Notes: a model not told the origin generated them from the sequence alone. DNA of 64,000 nt from Squalus acanthias (GCA_030390025.1 CM059431.1:147438001-147502000); one strand, 5' to 3'; shown: positions 1 to 12,967, numbered from the stretch's first letter. A program made the numbers and translations.

Positions 1-150
1 ACACCGGAACAGGAGGAGGCCATTCAGACTCTTGAGCCTGTTACACAGGAACAGGAGGAGGCCATTCAGCCCCTCGAGCCAGTTACATAGGAATAGGAGT
101 AGTCCATTCATTCCCTCGAGCCTTAATCACACAGCAACAGGAGGAGGCCA
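1..150. repeat. End of a 42-bp minisatellite array (same family as 17022-21275)
   Basis: About 3.5 copies of GAACAGGAGGAGGCCATTCAGCCCCTCGAGCCTGTTACACAG at the window edge. Confidence 0.85.
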
Positions 151-151
151 A

Positions 152-1360
152 AGAGGAACCGGTAGATGTGGTGTATCTGGATTTTCAAAAGTTCTTCGAT
201 AAGGTCCCACACAAGAGGTTGGTGAACCAAATTAGGGCACATGGAATTGCGGGTAATATACTAGCATGGATTGAGAATTGGCTAACAGACAGAAAACAAA
301 GAGTAGGGATAAAGGGTCTTTTTCAGGATGGCAGGCTGTGACTAGTGGGGTTCTGCCAGGATCGGTGCTTGGGCCCCAGCTATTCACAATCTATATCAAT
401 GATTTGGATGAGGGGACTAAATGTAACATTTCCAAATTTGCTGATGATACAAAGCTAGGTGGCAGTGTCAGTTGTGAAGAGGATGTGAAGAGGCTTCAAG
501 GGGATCTCAACAGGCTCAGTGAGTGGGCGAGAACATGGCAGATGGCATATAATGTGGATAAATGTGAAGTGATCCACTTTGGTCGAAAAAAACAGAAAGG
601 AAGAGTATTTCCTAAATGGTGAAAGATTGGGGAGTGCAGATGCTCAAAGGGAACCTGGGTGTCCTTGTACATGAGTCACTGAAAGTGAATGTGCAGGTGC
701 AGCAAGCCATTAGGAAGGCAAATGGTATGCTGGCCTTCATTACAAGAGGATTTGAGTACAGGAGTAAAGAAGTCTTACTCCAATTATATAGGGCCTTGGT
801 GAGACCACACCTGGAGTACTGGTTACAATTTTGGTCTCCTTACCTAAGGAAGGATATACTTGCCATAGAGGGAGTGCAATGAAGGTTCACAAGATTGATT
901 CCTGGGATGGTGGGACTGTCGTATGAGAAGAGATTGAGTAAACTAGGCCTGTATTCTCTTGAATTCAGAAGAATGAGAGGGGATCTCATTGAAGCATACA
1001 AAATGATTACAGGGCTTGATAGGATGGGTGCTGGGAGAATGTTTCCCTCTGCTGGGGAGTCAAGAACCAGGGGCCACAGCCTCAGAATAAAGGGTAGGCC
1101 ATTCAGGACTGAGATGAGAAGAAATTTCTTCACACAGAGGGTGGTGAATCTTTGGAATTCTCTACCCCAGAGGGCTGTGGAGGTTCAGTCATTGGGTATA
1201 TTCAAAACTGAAGTCGATAGATTTCTGACTGGTAAAGGCATCAAGGGATATGGCGACAGGGCCGGTGAATGAAGTTGAGGCAGAAGATCAGTCCTGATCT
1301 CATTGAATGGCTTGAAGGGCCGAATGGCCGACTTCTGCTCTTATTTCTTATGTTCTTATG
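152..1360 (+). mobile_element. 5'-truncated CR1 LINE (RT to 3' UTR), decayed
   Basis: Fragmented ORFs with GSVLGPQLF, KFADD, RPHLEY.LQFWSP and RNFFTQRVVNLWNSLP; ends in a TTCTTATG tail. Confidence 0.9.
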
Positions 1361-1361
1361 T

Positions 1362-1915
1362 AGGCCATTCAACTGCTCGGACATGTTACCCAACAAAAAT
1401 CTATCCATCTCACTTTTGAAATTTTCAATTGACCCCCAGCCTCGACAGCTTTTTGGGGGAGAGAGTTCCAGATTTCCACCACCCTTTGTGTGAAGAAGTG
1501 CTTCCTGACATCACCCCTGAATGGCCTGGCTCTAATTTTAAGGCGATGCCCTCTTGTTCTGGACTCACCCATCAGAGGAAATAGTTTCTCTCTGTCGACC
1601 CCATCAACTCCTTTAATCATCTTAAAACACCTCGATTTGATCACCCCTTAAACTTCTATATTCATAGAATGGTTGCAGCACAGAAGAGGCCATTCAGCCT
1701 GTCAAGCCCGTGCCGGCTCTCTGCAAGAGCACTTCAGCTAGTTCCACTCCCCCGCCCTTTCCCCGTAGCCCTGCAAATATTTTTCCTTCAGGTACATATC
1801 CAATTCCCTTTTGATCTGCCACTATTGAATCTGCCTCCACCACCCTTTCAGGCAGTGGATTCCAGCTCATAACCACTCGCTGCGTAAAAAGATTTTCCTC
1901 ATGTCGCCTTTGGTT
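1362..1915 (-). mobile_element. Two CR1 3'-end fragments
   Basis: ORFs 1369-1644 and 1694-1918 carry RTRGH and FTQRVV..WN.LP motifs. Confidence 0.8.
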
Positions 1916-1980
1916 CATCTAAGTAATTGATGCAGATTGTGAATAGCTGAGGCCCAAGTTCTGATCCTTATAGAGTCTCT

Positions 1981-2873
1981 GGGGGAAAAATTCAGTCTCG
2001 CCCCGTTTGGGGCGCAATTATCGGCTGGGCGCAAAAATTAGCGCCTGGCGCTAATTATCGCCTCCGACTGCAAACTTGACTTTTATTGCCCCTGGAGGTG
2101 ATTGGAGCGCTAAATCAGGCGCTACACATCTGTCTTAAGGTGCTAAGGCCGAGGAGCGAGGCGCTAACTCAGAGCGCTGGCGAAGCTTATGTGATGTCAG
2201 TCAGCAATGGAACACACACACAATGGCACGGGCCAGTTCTTAAAGGGAAGGGTCGATCTTGCTTTCCATCCACATCCTGCTCATTGCAGCCTTGAATCTC
2301 GGCCTGGAGAGACCTGTACATCAAATCTGCTGGAAAGAACAATGGAGAGTCCCAGGGAAAGAGCTCAGAGTGCAGCCCCCACAGTCTCTTCTAAATCGAT
2401 CATAGGAAGGGCAAATCAAAATGAACCTGCAAAGTGCTGCTCAGTACCCAAAACTCCTTCACACAACGTTGAATCTCTCCAGAAGTCTCTCCCTCTCTCT
2501 CTCTGACTGCGTGGTTCAAAAATGGCACCAACAAAAAAAGGCAGGAAGTGGTCGCCTTTAAATAGCGCTCCCCCAGTCCCTTTCTGACTGCAAAACGCTC
2601 CCCTCAGCCTCTCGTTGCTGGCAGCAGGCGGTAAGGCAGGGGTCGCCACTCAATATCCGCTCCGGGGTGCTACCGGGACGTTGCGCACTCGAATGACGTC
2701 ACAATCTGCCGGCGCAGGAGATCGTGGCGGTAGTGTTTAGCGCTGCCGCAAAATGTCTAGTTAATTTCGCGAGCGGTGCAAACATTGCTGCGGCCGGGTG
2801 CTAGTTGCTTTGCGCCCCATTAGCGCCCTCTTAAGGTGCTAACGAGAGGCGCAACCGACTGAATTTTTCCCCC
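1981..2873. mobile_element. Non-autonomous TIR DNA transposon (PIF/Harbinger-like MITE)
   Basis: TIRs GGGGGAAAAATTCAGTC and GACTGAATTTTTCCCCC; CpG-rich; no transposase ORF; no clear TSD. Confidence 0.7.
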
Positions 2874-5820
2874 ATAGAGTCATAACGGCACAGAAGGAGG
2901 CCATTCGGCCCATCGAGTCCGTGCTGGCTCTCTGTGCAGCAATCCAGTCAGTCCTATTCCCCCGCTTTATCCCCGTAGCCCTGCAAGTTTATTTCCCTCA
3001 AGTGCCTATCCAGTCTCCTCTTGAAAACATTGAGTGTCTCCGCTTCCACCACTTCCGTCGGCAGCGAGTTCCAGGTCCTCACCACTTGCTGCGTAAAAAG
3101 GTTTTTCCTCACATCCCCCCTGTATCTCTTGCCCAAAACTTTCAATCTGTGTCCCCTAGTCCTTGTACCATCAACTAGTGGGAACAGCCTTTCCCCGTCT
3201 AGCCTATCCAAACCTGTCATAATCTTGTACACCTCTATCAAATCACCCCTCAACCTCCTTTGCTCTAATGAAAACAAATCCAACTTCTCCAACCTGTCCT
3301 TGTAGCTAAGATCCCCCATCCCCGGAACCATTCTGGTAAATCTCCTCTGCACCCTCTCAAGTGCCTTCACATCCTTCCTAAATTGTGGTGACCAGAACTA
3401 GACGCAATACTCCAGTTGTGGCCTAACTAGCGCTTTATAAAGGTTCAGCATAACTTCTCTACTTTTGTACTCAATACCTCTATTTATGAAGCCCAAGATC
3501 CCATATGCTTTGCTAACCACTCTCTCAATATGTCCTGCCACCTTCAGGGACCTATGCACATTAACTCCCAGGTCCCTCTGTCCCTGCAAACTCTTTAAAA
3601 CTTGCCATTAAGTGTATATTGCCTCTCCCTGTTCCTTCTGCCAAAATGCATCACCTCACACTTCTCTGTATTAAATTCCATCTGCCACTTGTCTGCCCAT
3701 TCTGCTAGCCTTTCTATGTCCTGCTGCAGTTCATTGGTATCATCCTCACTGTTTGCCAAACCCCCAAGTTTGGTGTCATCGGCAAATTTAGAAATTCTAC
3801 TCTCTATTCCAATATCCAGGTCATTTATATATATCAAAAAAAGCAGTGGCCCCAGCACTGACCCTTGGGGAACACCACTGTCTACCTTCCTCCAGTCTGA
3901 AAAACAGCCATTTACCACAACTCGCTGTTTTCTGTCCTTAAGCCAATTCCTTATCCAAGCTGCCACTGACCCACCTATTCCATGAGCCTCAATTTTGTTA
4001 ATCAGCCTTCTATGTGGTACTTTGTCAAACGCCTTCCTAAAATCCATGTAGACAACATCCATTGCATTCCCTTCATCAATCCTCCCTGTTATTTCGTCAA
4101 AAAATTCAATTAGATTAGTCAAACACGATCTGCCTTTTACAAATCCGTGTTGGCTCTCCTTAATTAGCTTAAACCTCTCCAAATGCCCGTTAATTTTTTC
4201 CTTGATTATTGTTTCTAAAACTTTACCCACCACTGATGTTAAACTGACCGACCTGTAGTTACTAGGACTGTCCTTACACCCCTTCTGAACAATGGTGTCA
4301 CATTTGCCACTTTCCAATCCTCAGGCACCTCCCCCGCATCTAGGGAAGATTGGAAAATTATGACAAGCCCTTCCGCTATCTCCTCCCCCAATTCCCTTAG
4401 CAACCTGGGATGCAAGCCATCTGGACCAGGCGACTTGTCCACTCTAAGCATACCCAGCCTTTCAATACATCCTGTCTCTCAATTTCCACCCCTTCCATTG
4501 CTTCTCCCTTCTCCGCTTCTACCGATATTTTGTCAGCATCCACCTCCTTAGTAAACATCGATACAAAGTTCTCATTGAGTATTCTATCCTTGCCCTGCAC
4601 CTCTAAGCATATATCACCTTCTTTGTCCCGAATAGGCCCCACCCCGCCTCTTACTACCCGCTTACTGTTTACATGCCGGTGGAAGATTTTGGGGTTCCCT
4701 TTTATGTTAACCGCCATTCTACTCTCATATTCTCTCTTTGTCAATCTTATTTTCATCTTCACTTCCCCTCTCAACTTATTGTATTTGGTCTGGTTCTCCC
4801 TTGAAGAATTCACCTGACATGCATCAAACACCCTCTTTTTATGTTTCATCATCTTCTCTATCTCCCTCGTCATCCAAGGAGCCCTTGCTTTGGTTCCCTT
4901 ACCCTTCCCTCTTGTTGGAATGTACCTAGCCTGTACTTGGAACACCTCCTCCTTAACGATCACCCATTGTTCCATTACAGTTTTTCCTGTCAGTCTTTGG
5001 TTCAATTTTACCCTGGCTAGATCCTTTCGCATCCCATTGAAGTTAGCCCTATTCCAGTTTGGAAGTTCCACTCTAGATTGTTCCTTGCTCCTCTCCATTG
5101 CTAATCTAAATCTTATGATCACTCGCACCCAAGTGTTCTCCCACAAACACATGGTCGACCTGGCCCACCGTCATTCCCCAGCACCAGATCCAGCAATGCC
5201 TCCTTCTTAGTTGGGCCAAGAACATACTGGTCAAGGAAATTCTCCTGAACACATTTCAGAAATTGCTCCCCCTCCTTTCCCTTTACCCTAGCATTATCCC
5301 AATCGATATTTGGGTAATTAAAGTCCTCCAATATCACCACCCTATAGCTCTTGCATATCTCTGCGATTTCCTTGCAGATTTGCTCCTCTACCTCCCTCTC
5401 ACTATTTGGAGGCCTGTAGAATACCCCCAATAGCGTGATCATACCCTTTTTGCTCCTCAACTCTAACCAAATGGATTCTGTCCTTGTCCCCTCAAGAACA
5501 TCCTCCCTTTCCAACACTACAATGTCTTCCTTAATCAGCGTTGCCATCCCACCTCCCTTTTTTCCTTCCCTATCTTTTCTGAACACCTTGTACCCTTGAA
5601 TATGAAGTGTCCAGTCCTCACCGTTTTTAAGCCACGGTTCTATTATTGCCACAACATCATATTGCCACACGGCTAATTGTGCCTGTAGCTCATCAACCTT
5701 ATTCACCACACTTTGTGCGTTTACGTACATGCATTCTAAACCCATTTTTGAATTGTTTGTTGTCTTTCTTAGCCTGCTCCTATCTAATATGGTACCAATT
5801 CTGCCTCTAGTACTGCTTTC
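2874..5820 (-). mobile_element. CR1 LINE with almost complete but frameshifted ORF2 (APE endonuclease + RT)
   Basis: Consecutive minus-strand ORFs: YVNAQSV..EPWL..GVFYRPPN..DFNYP (APE), KSPGPDG, QHGFVKGRSCLTNL, PQGSVLGP, KFADD, C-terminus and 3' UTR. Confidence 0.95.
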
Positions 5821-5917
5821 TAAGAACTTTCTGTTCCTTAATGTCTATATAAAAAAGACTAGTTGTGCAAATATTTGCTATTTTATGAACAATTGGCAAA
5901 TGCATCACCCTGAACGA

Positions 5918-6510
5918 TAAAAACGATTGAGTGACCGCTTTGCGGAACACCTCCATTCAGTCCGTAAGGGTGACCCCAAGCTTCCGGTCGCCTGACACTT
6001 TAATTCTCCGCTCCACTCCCACTCAGACCTCACCATCCTCGGCCTCTTACACTGTTACAATGAAGCTCAACGTAAGCTCGATGAACAGCACCTCATCTTT
6101 CGATTCGGCACTTTACAGCCTTCTGGACTCAACATAGAGTTCAACATTTATAGACTATAAATTGGCCCCTGTATTTCTTTCTTTTATTTTCTCTTGTTTC
6201 CGCACATGGTAGCTGTTAATGTTGCTGCCATCATCATCCACACATCATCTCGAGCCATCTTTTGTTTCTTAACTTGTCCCATTACCTCTCCTTTTGCCTG
6301 GCACTATCATCCCTTTTGTCAGTCAATCTCTCCTGCCTTCCACCCTATCACAGACCTTCCCTTTGTTCTTTCCTCCCCTCCTCCCTGCCCCTGCTTAAAA
6401 ATCTCTCTTCCCTAACCTTTACAGTTCTGACGAAGGGTTCGACCCAAAACGTTAACTCTGTTTCGCTTCTCCTCAATGCTGCCTGACCTGTTGAGTATTT
6501 TCTGCACTTT
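5918..6510 (+). mobile_element. Penelope-like element remnant (GIY-YIG endonuclease C-terminus + 3' tail)
   Basis: Manual translation KRLSDRFAEHLHSVRKGDPKLPVA*HFNSPLHSHSDLTILGLLHCYNEAQRKLDEQHLIFRFGTLQPSGLNIEF matches the end of PLE GIY-YIG domains. Confidence 0.8.
6423..6457 (+). ncRNA. Degenerate minimal type I hammerhead ribozyme in the Penelope tail
   Basis: AGTT-CTGACGA-A-GGGT-TCG-ACCC-AAAACGTT-AACT; stems I and II pair but the core GAAA reads AAAA. Confidence 0.6.
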
Positions 6511-6560
6511 ATGCTGTTATACCACTGTGCAACCATTCCCGCTAGATTAATAGAGACTGA

Positions 6561-7156
6561 GGGCTGGATTTTGATACTGGGGCGGGTTGGGGTCGTGTTA
6601 TCCACCCGACTGCAATTGGATGTGGGAGATTGATGCAATTTTCACCTAATTGGGCAATTGAGTTCCAGCATGTGGGAACCCATGACCCAATTAGTGTTTT
6701 CAGTCTGAAAGTCGCCTCTGATGATGTCATCATTGCTGCTGCATTGAAGGTCTGCAAAGACTGCCTGGCCTTTGCTGTGAGAGGACCTGGATGCAAAATG
6801 AGCAGCAGGAGAGAGAGAGAGAGAAGAGAGAGAGAGAGCGAAAGAGAGAGAGATTGTTTTTTTGGACCACCACTCCCAGATGCCAGCCAGCCACTCACTC
6901 ACTGATAGTCAGCGCAGCCACTGATAGTCAGCTATCCAAATGTGCTCCCGCCAGGTTTCACAATCGTGGTTCAGAACAGGCGTGCTTCACGTAGAACAAG
7001 GGTTAAAATCACAAAGGCCTTTCAAAATGGCATTACAGAGCCACTTTAGTGCTTGTTAAGGGCCTTAACAGCCTATCCCGTCTCTTAAAGTTTTTGCAAT
7101 TTTAACCACCCACACGCCTCCAAACCCGCCTCCACGGGTCAATGAAAATCCAGCCC
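6561..7156. mobile_element. Non-autonomous Harbinger-like element related to 8766-11167
   Basis: TIRs GGGCTGGATTTT and AAAATCCAGCCC; subterminal sequence shared with 8766-11167 (CACACGCCTCCAAACCCGCCTCC). Confidence 0.75.
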
Positions 7157-8130
7157 TTAGAGTACAAAAGCAAGGAAGCCTTGCTAAACCTTTTATAAAT
7201 CACTAGTTAGGCCTCAGTGGAGTATTGTGTTCAATTCTGGGTACCACACTTTAGGAAGGATGTTAAAGCCTTGGAGACGGTGCAGAGGAGATTGACCAGG
7301 ATGGTAGCAGGGATGAGGGACTTCAGTTACGTGGAGAGACTGGAGAAGCTGGGGTTGTTCTCCTTGGAGCAGAGAAGGTTAAGGGGAGGTTGACCAGAAT
7401 GGTACCACGGATGAGGGACTTCAGTTACATGGAGAGACTGGAGAAGCTGGGATTGTTCTCCTTGGAGCAGAGAAGGTTAAGGGGAGATTGACCAGAATGG
7501 TACCAGGGATGAGGGACTTCAGTTATGTGGAGAGACTGGAGAAGCTGGGATTGTTCTCCTTAGAGCAGAGAAGGTTATAGGGAGATTGACCAGAATGGTA
7601 CCACGGATGAGGGACTTCAGTTACATGGAGAGACTGGAGAAGCTGGGATTGTTCTCCTTAGAGCAGAGAAGGTTTAGAGGAGATTGACCAGAATGGTACC
7701 AGGGATGAGGGACTTCAGTTACGTGGAGAGACTGGAGAAGCTGGAATTGTTCTCCTTAGAGCAGAGAAGGGTAGGGGGAGATTGACCAGAGGTGTTGAAA
7801 AGTATGAGGGGTTTTGATAGAGTAGAGAGGGAGAAACTGTTTCCAGTGGCAGGAGGGTCGGTAACCAGAGGACAACAGATTTAAGATAATTGACCAAAGA
7901 ACCCGAGGTGGATAATGCGGTGTTTTTTTTACTCAGCGAGCTGTTACGATCTGGAATACACTGCCTGAAACGATTCAATGGTAACTTTCAAAACGGAATT
8001 GGATAAATACTTGAAGTGGAAAAATTCACGGGGAAAGGGCAGGGGAGTGGGACTAATGGGACAACTCTTTCAAAGAGCCGGCACAGGCACGATGGGCCGA
8101 ATGGCCTCCTTCGGTGCTGTATGATTTCAT
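7157..8130 (+). mobile_element. CR1 3' fragment containing a 98-bp x5 internal tandem expansion (7292-7790)
   Basis: CR1 ORF2 C-terminal sequence; TTGACCAG recurs at 7292, 7390, 7488, 7586, 7684 and 7782. Confidence 0.88.
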
Positions 8131-8325
8131 GGGGTTAATTTAAACTGCACTCGACTTTTAAAAACAGGGACCTCGAGATTTATAGGGTCCTACCTGTCGT
8201 GCTCTAATTGCACTGATCCCCGTCGATGTTGCCAAGTCCCGCAGGACGTACTGGTCTCCTCAGATGGTTGTCAGGCCTGTTTCTCTTTCTCGATTGCCCC
8301 TCCCATAGTTTTCTTACTCACTTAC

Positions 8326-8414
8326 CTCGGCCTCTTTGATTCTCAGACTGGATATTGTCTGCCGAATACACCTCGGCCCTACACTCGGGTGTGTCAATAG
8401 CCACAACGACACAA
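8326..8414 (-). other. Candidate internal exon (89 nt) of an unidentified minus-strand transcript
   Basis: Non-repeat DNA with acceptor CTCTTCCCCCTCCCTACTCCCAG| and donor GAG|GTAAGT; two frames open. Confidence 0.5.
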
Positions 8415-8651
8415 CTGGGAGTAGGGAGGGGGAAGAGTGGAGATCAAGGGTTAAACGATCAAAGGCATGTCACCCCACCCGAAATCTCGCACCAAGAAAT
8501 GAATTTTACTTCGGAGCAAGAGCATTATTTTAACACCGTCATTAACGTCCTCATCCGACCCAGCGAATCATAAATAGCAAACAACTGTAACTCACGGTAT
8601 CTTTAAGGTAATGTCGAGTAAAAAAATAAGGATACATTTTCAGCAACTTAC

Positions 8652-8760
8652 AGACAAAAAGCACTTGAGAATGCCTCTACAGCTGGCCTTTGATCGATTC
8701 CGCTGGTTAGGTGAGACGGCAGGAAGGAAATAGGCTGAGTCATCGTTATGTGCGCAGTGC
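8652..8760 (-). promoter_or_regulatory. Candidate non-coding first exon / promoter
   Basis: Donor |GTAAGT at 8651 on the minus strand and an AP-1-like TGAGTCA near 8736, in unique sequence. Confidence 0.3.
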
Positions 8761-8765
8761 ACATG

Positions 8766-11167
8766 GGGCTGGATTTTGCCGATGGGGGCGGGCTGGGTGC
8801 GTGTCAGGTGATTGGCGGTTCCCGACCCCGCCTCCGATGTGATTCGTGACAATTGGCCGATTTTACCTTAATTGGGCACTTGATTTCCAGCCTGTTAGGT
8901 TGATTTGGCTATGATAAATTGACCCTTAGTGTTAAGGGGGGGGATTATATATGTGGGGTTATGGGGATAGGATGGGATATGTGTCGGTGCAGGCTCGATG
9001 GGCCGAGATGGCCTCTATCTGTACTGTGGGGATTCTGTGTGAGAAAGCAGGGACAGAGTACTGGATTTGGATGATCAGCCATGATCGTATTGAATGGTGG
9101 AGCAGGCTCGACGGGCCGAATGACCTACTCCTGCTCCTAGTTTCTATGTTTCTATGTTTCTATGTTTCTTTAGAAACCCCTGGCCCAATGAGCCTTTTCA
9201 GACAGATACTCGCCTCCGATGACGTCATCCATGCAGCTGGATTTAAGGCCTGCAAGCAGCCTTGCTTCTTTTTCAGCCTTACAACTTTATGACCATTCTT
9301 CTGAGGGATTCCTTCTGCAAGTATGTTCAGCACCAGACCAAAGTGTGCACCCAGATTCGATGAGGCCTCCCTCCAAGCTCTGCTGGAGGGAGCAAGAGCA
9401 AATAAGGAGGTGCTCTTTCCTTCCTCAGGGAGGAAAAAGCCTCCACAACAGACTAAAGCTGTGTGGCTGCAAGTGGCACAGGAGGTCAATGCTATTTCTA
9501 TGTGCAGCAGAACCTGGCTGCAGTGCAGAAAGAGGTTTCATGACCTTCTCCGCACAGGAAAAGTGAGTATTACATTCCCATCACCCTCAATCTGATCCCC
9601 ATCGCCTCTCATCACCAGCACTCTGCTTTGTCAACCTCCTCCTCCACATCCCACTTCACCCTTACATCCCTGCACCCTTACCCATTCCCTCTCTTTCTAT
9701 GTTCACTTAACTATTCGACTATGCAGCCCTCACACTCCCTGTCACTGTGATGCTATGACAACAACTTACAACACACAGGGAGGGCCCTTGGTCTTGGCAC
9801 CACACTCCATCTTTGTGTCCTTCTAAGCATCTATGCTATGGATTCTCTACACTCGCTCCTTCATTCTCACTCAAACTCCACTTGTGTCACTCATTGCAGG
9901 AAAAGAGAGCCCACAATAAGAGGGAGAGGGCGAGGACAGGAGGAGGGCCACTCTCAATAGCCCAGCTCACCAATGCAGAGGAGGCGGCCCCGGAGATCGT
10001 GGGAGTGGAGGAGGATGCGCAAGTGGGGGACGGACAGACGGGCGCATCAGAGCAAGCTGGTGACAGAATAGTTTTTCATCTCTCTCATTGACATTGCATG
10101 AGTGACTGATAATGATTCTGATGCTCTAACTGATTGACTTATGATCAGCTGCACAATTCAATATGCATGCAACCTTTATCTCACATGTCTAACTCTTTCC
10201 TTTACTCCCCCACAGGACCATCGACAGCCCCTTCTCCCCACTGTCCAGGAGGAACAGCCTGAGCCACCAGACTCCTCAGAGGAAACTGCAACCTCTGAGG
10301 GCGCAGCGTCAGCAGAATTCAGCACACCCAGCACCAGCGCAGACACTCACACCTCGGTGGGACCTTCGTGAGATAGAGTAGTGTTGTCACCTGGTGTATC
10401 ACAGATCACAAGTGAGCATCAGCAGATGGTGGAGACAGGGACAGCAGTGGAGAGTCCTCGTCGGAGGCCGCAGGACTCTCCCAGCTCGGCTTAGCTGCAT
10501 GTCGACCCTGTGCCTCCGGGTCCATCCAGAAGGAGAGTGGTGCTGGAACTCCAGGAACAGCTGCAGGTTTTGTCACCAGGGTCGCTGCAAGTGTGGAGCG
10601 AATGGAGGAGTCCATCGTGAACATGAGCAGAGCCTTTGTGGAGGCATTGGCGCATGAACGCATTGCCACAGAAAGGATGGCAACCTCCGTGGAAAGGATG
10701 GGTTGAGGAAGCGCTCAGTCAAGGTGGCGAGAGGGGATTCCCAGGAGGTCACACTGGAGATGGGTGTCAGGCTCCAAATCTTCCACAACAATGAGTAGGC
10801 CTGCTAAAAGTTCCCCCAGACCTGAGACAACAAAGTTCTGCCACCTGCAAATGATGATTGGTGAAAACTCCTTTTCAATGGTGGAGCTGCAGCTGTTAGT
10901 AAGCAATCCACTTGTGAGGCCGCCAGGATTAACTGGCGTGTTCCAGAGGAGACGAGCAGCACGGGGGAAATGTGTTAAATTCAGAAAGGCCTCTCAAAAT
11001 GGGATTATAGAGGCAATTAACTGGTTCTTAAGGGCCTATCGGGGTCTGAAACCGCGAATGTGGGAAAATTGCACAGAGGCGGGATCGGATCCGCCCGCCA
11101 TTTTTTGCGATTTTAACACCTCACACGCCTCCAAACCCGCCTCCTCGGGCCTGGCAAAATCGAGCCC
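8766..11167 (+). mobile_element. PIF/Harbinger deletion derivative that keeps the Myb/SANT gene but lacks a transposase
   Basis: TIRs GGGCTGGATTTTGCC and GGCAAAATCGAGCCC; internal Myb/SANT exons; nested SINE/CR1-tail insert at about 8897-9170. Confidence 0.8.
9323..10371 (+). pseudogene. Harbinger-associated Myb/SANT-like DNA-binding protein (MSANTD/NAIF1-like), 3 exons, disrupted in exon 3
   Basis: Exon 9323-9562 (APRFDEASLQALL..WLQVAQEVN..RTWLQCRKRFHDL|GTGAGT); exon 9900-10059 (EKRAHNKRERARTGGGP); exon from 10216 goes out of frame. Confidence 0.8.
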
Positions 11168-11221
11168 AAAGAGTCTGAAAACGTTCTGGGCCTACGGGGA
11201 CACAGAACCGCCTACAATAAT

Positions 11222-11937
11222 GGCCTGGATTTTGTGGCCAGCGCTGAAGGAATGGCGTCTCCCATTCATTACGCCTACAGCTGCCCACAGGCTTTTCGTG
11301 GCCGTTTGAGGGACAACTCCTGGTAATTAGAGAACCATTTCAGCACGGCGCCCTGTACAGGGGATCTGTGGCCTGTGTGAGCCGGGCAAGCAAGAGCGCG
11401 TCTCCTCAACCAATCGGATTGAAGAATCCTCTCTGAGACAAGTAAGTGCAAACCAGGAAGTGTCATTCAGATTTATTTCATTGTAAGCTCATGTACAGAA
11501 GGTGGAAGGGAAAGAAAGGTGGGATTGAGAGAGAGAGAGAGAGAGATAAAAGAGACAGAAAGAACAAGTCAAAAGAAAAATATTTTAATTTTTTATTGTT
11601 TTTTAAATCTCCAGCAATAACTAAATTCCGAGGGAATGAGACTCCACACTTGTAAAATTAACATTTCAGTGCCAGAGCGGTTGTGCGGCAGTAATCGTGA
11701 CTGATCACGGCGTTAAAAAATCACTTGCTCCTGAATGCACCAGCCCTAACTTTTCCTGCCGATTAAAGTACGGTCGGCGAGCTACCGGTGTAGTGAAGCT
11801 TGTGGCGGAGCAGCAACTTCCAGACCGCCACGTTTTACTGCGATTTTGCAGACTCCGGGGAGTGGCTGTACAATCAACACCATAACAATGGTGAGCGCTG
11901 ATAGCCTCACTCTTAATCTCGAGTCAAAATCCGGGCT
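11222..11937. mobile_element. Harbinger-like MITE
   Basis: Imperfect TIRs GGCCTGGATTTTG and CAAAATCCGGGCT; 3-bp TSD AAT on both sides. Confidence 0.75.
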
Positions 11938-12169
11938 AATGGCAGCACTGCCGTCTCACTCCCCCCTCTTTGGCAAAGACAGCAACATGCGCCAGCTTAA
12001 GATCCCCCCACCCCCACCCTTGTCAGACAGTAGCCGCATCCTTGGCACTGATTTCTGGTGAATAAAGCAAACCAGAGTTCCTTTCTTTATTGGAACACTG
12101 CTGCGAGCAACGCCCCGGAGAAAAGTCGTCAGGAACGTGAAACAAAAATGAACGTTCTCTTCATTTTTT

Positions 12170-12967
12170 AAAATTCATATATGGGATGTGGGCGTCTCTG
12201 CCAAGGCCAGCATTTATTGCCCATCCCTAATTGCCCTTGTGAAGGTGGTGGTGAGCCGCCTTCTTGAACCGCTGCTGTCCGTGTGGTGAAGGTACTCCCA
12301 CAGTGCTGTTAGGGAGGGAGTTCCAGGATTTTGACCCAGCGAAGATGAAGGATCGACGATATACTTCTAAGTCAGGATGGTGTGTGACTTGGAGGGGAAC
12401 TTGGAGGTGGTGGTGTTCCCATGCGCCTGCTGCCCTTGTCCTTCTAGGTGGAAGAGGTCGCGGGTTTGGGAGGTGCTGCCGAAGAAGCCTTGGCGAGTTG
12501 CTGCAGTGCATCTTGTAGATGGTACACACTGCAGCCACGGTGCGCCGGTGGTGGAGGGAGTGAATGTTTAAGGTGGTGGATGGGGTGCCAATCAAGCGGG
12601 ATGCTTTGTCCTGGATGGTGTCGAGCTTCTTGAGTGTTGTTGGAGCTGCACTCATCCAGGCAAGTGGAGAGTATTCCATCACACTCCTGACTTGCGCCTT
12701 GTAGATGGTGGAAAGGCTTTGGGGAGTCAGGAGGTGAGACACTCACCGCAGAATACCCAGCCTCTGACCTGCTCTTGTTGCCACAGTATTTATGTGGCTG
12801 GTCCAGTTAAGTTTCTGGTCAATGGTGACCCCCAGGATGTTGATGGTGGGGGATTCGGCGATGGTAATGCCGTTGAATGTCAAGGGGAGGTGGTTAGACT
12901 CTCGCTTGTTGGAGATGGTCATTGCCTGGCACTTGTGTGGCGCGAATGTTACCTGCCACTTATCAGC
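12170..12967 (-). mobile_element. 5'-truncated non-LTR retrotransposon (RT C-terminus + 3' UTR), a family distinct from the dominant CR1s
   Basis: ADKWQVTFAPHKC..ILGVTIDQKLNW..STIYKAQVRSVMEYSPLAW..SKSWNSLP; clade not assigned. Confidence 0.8.
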
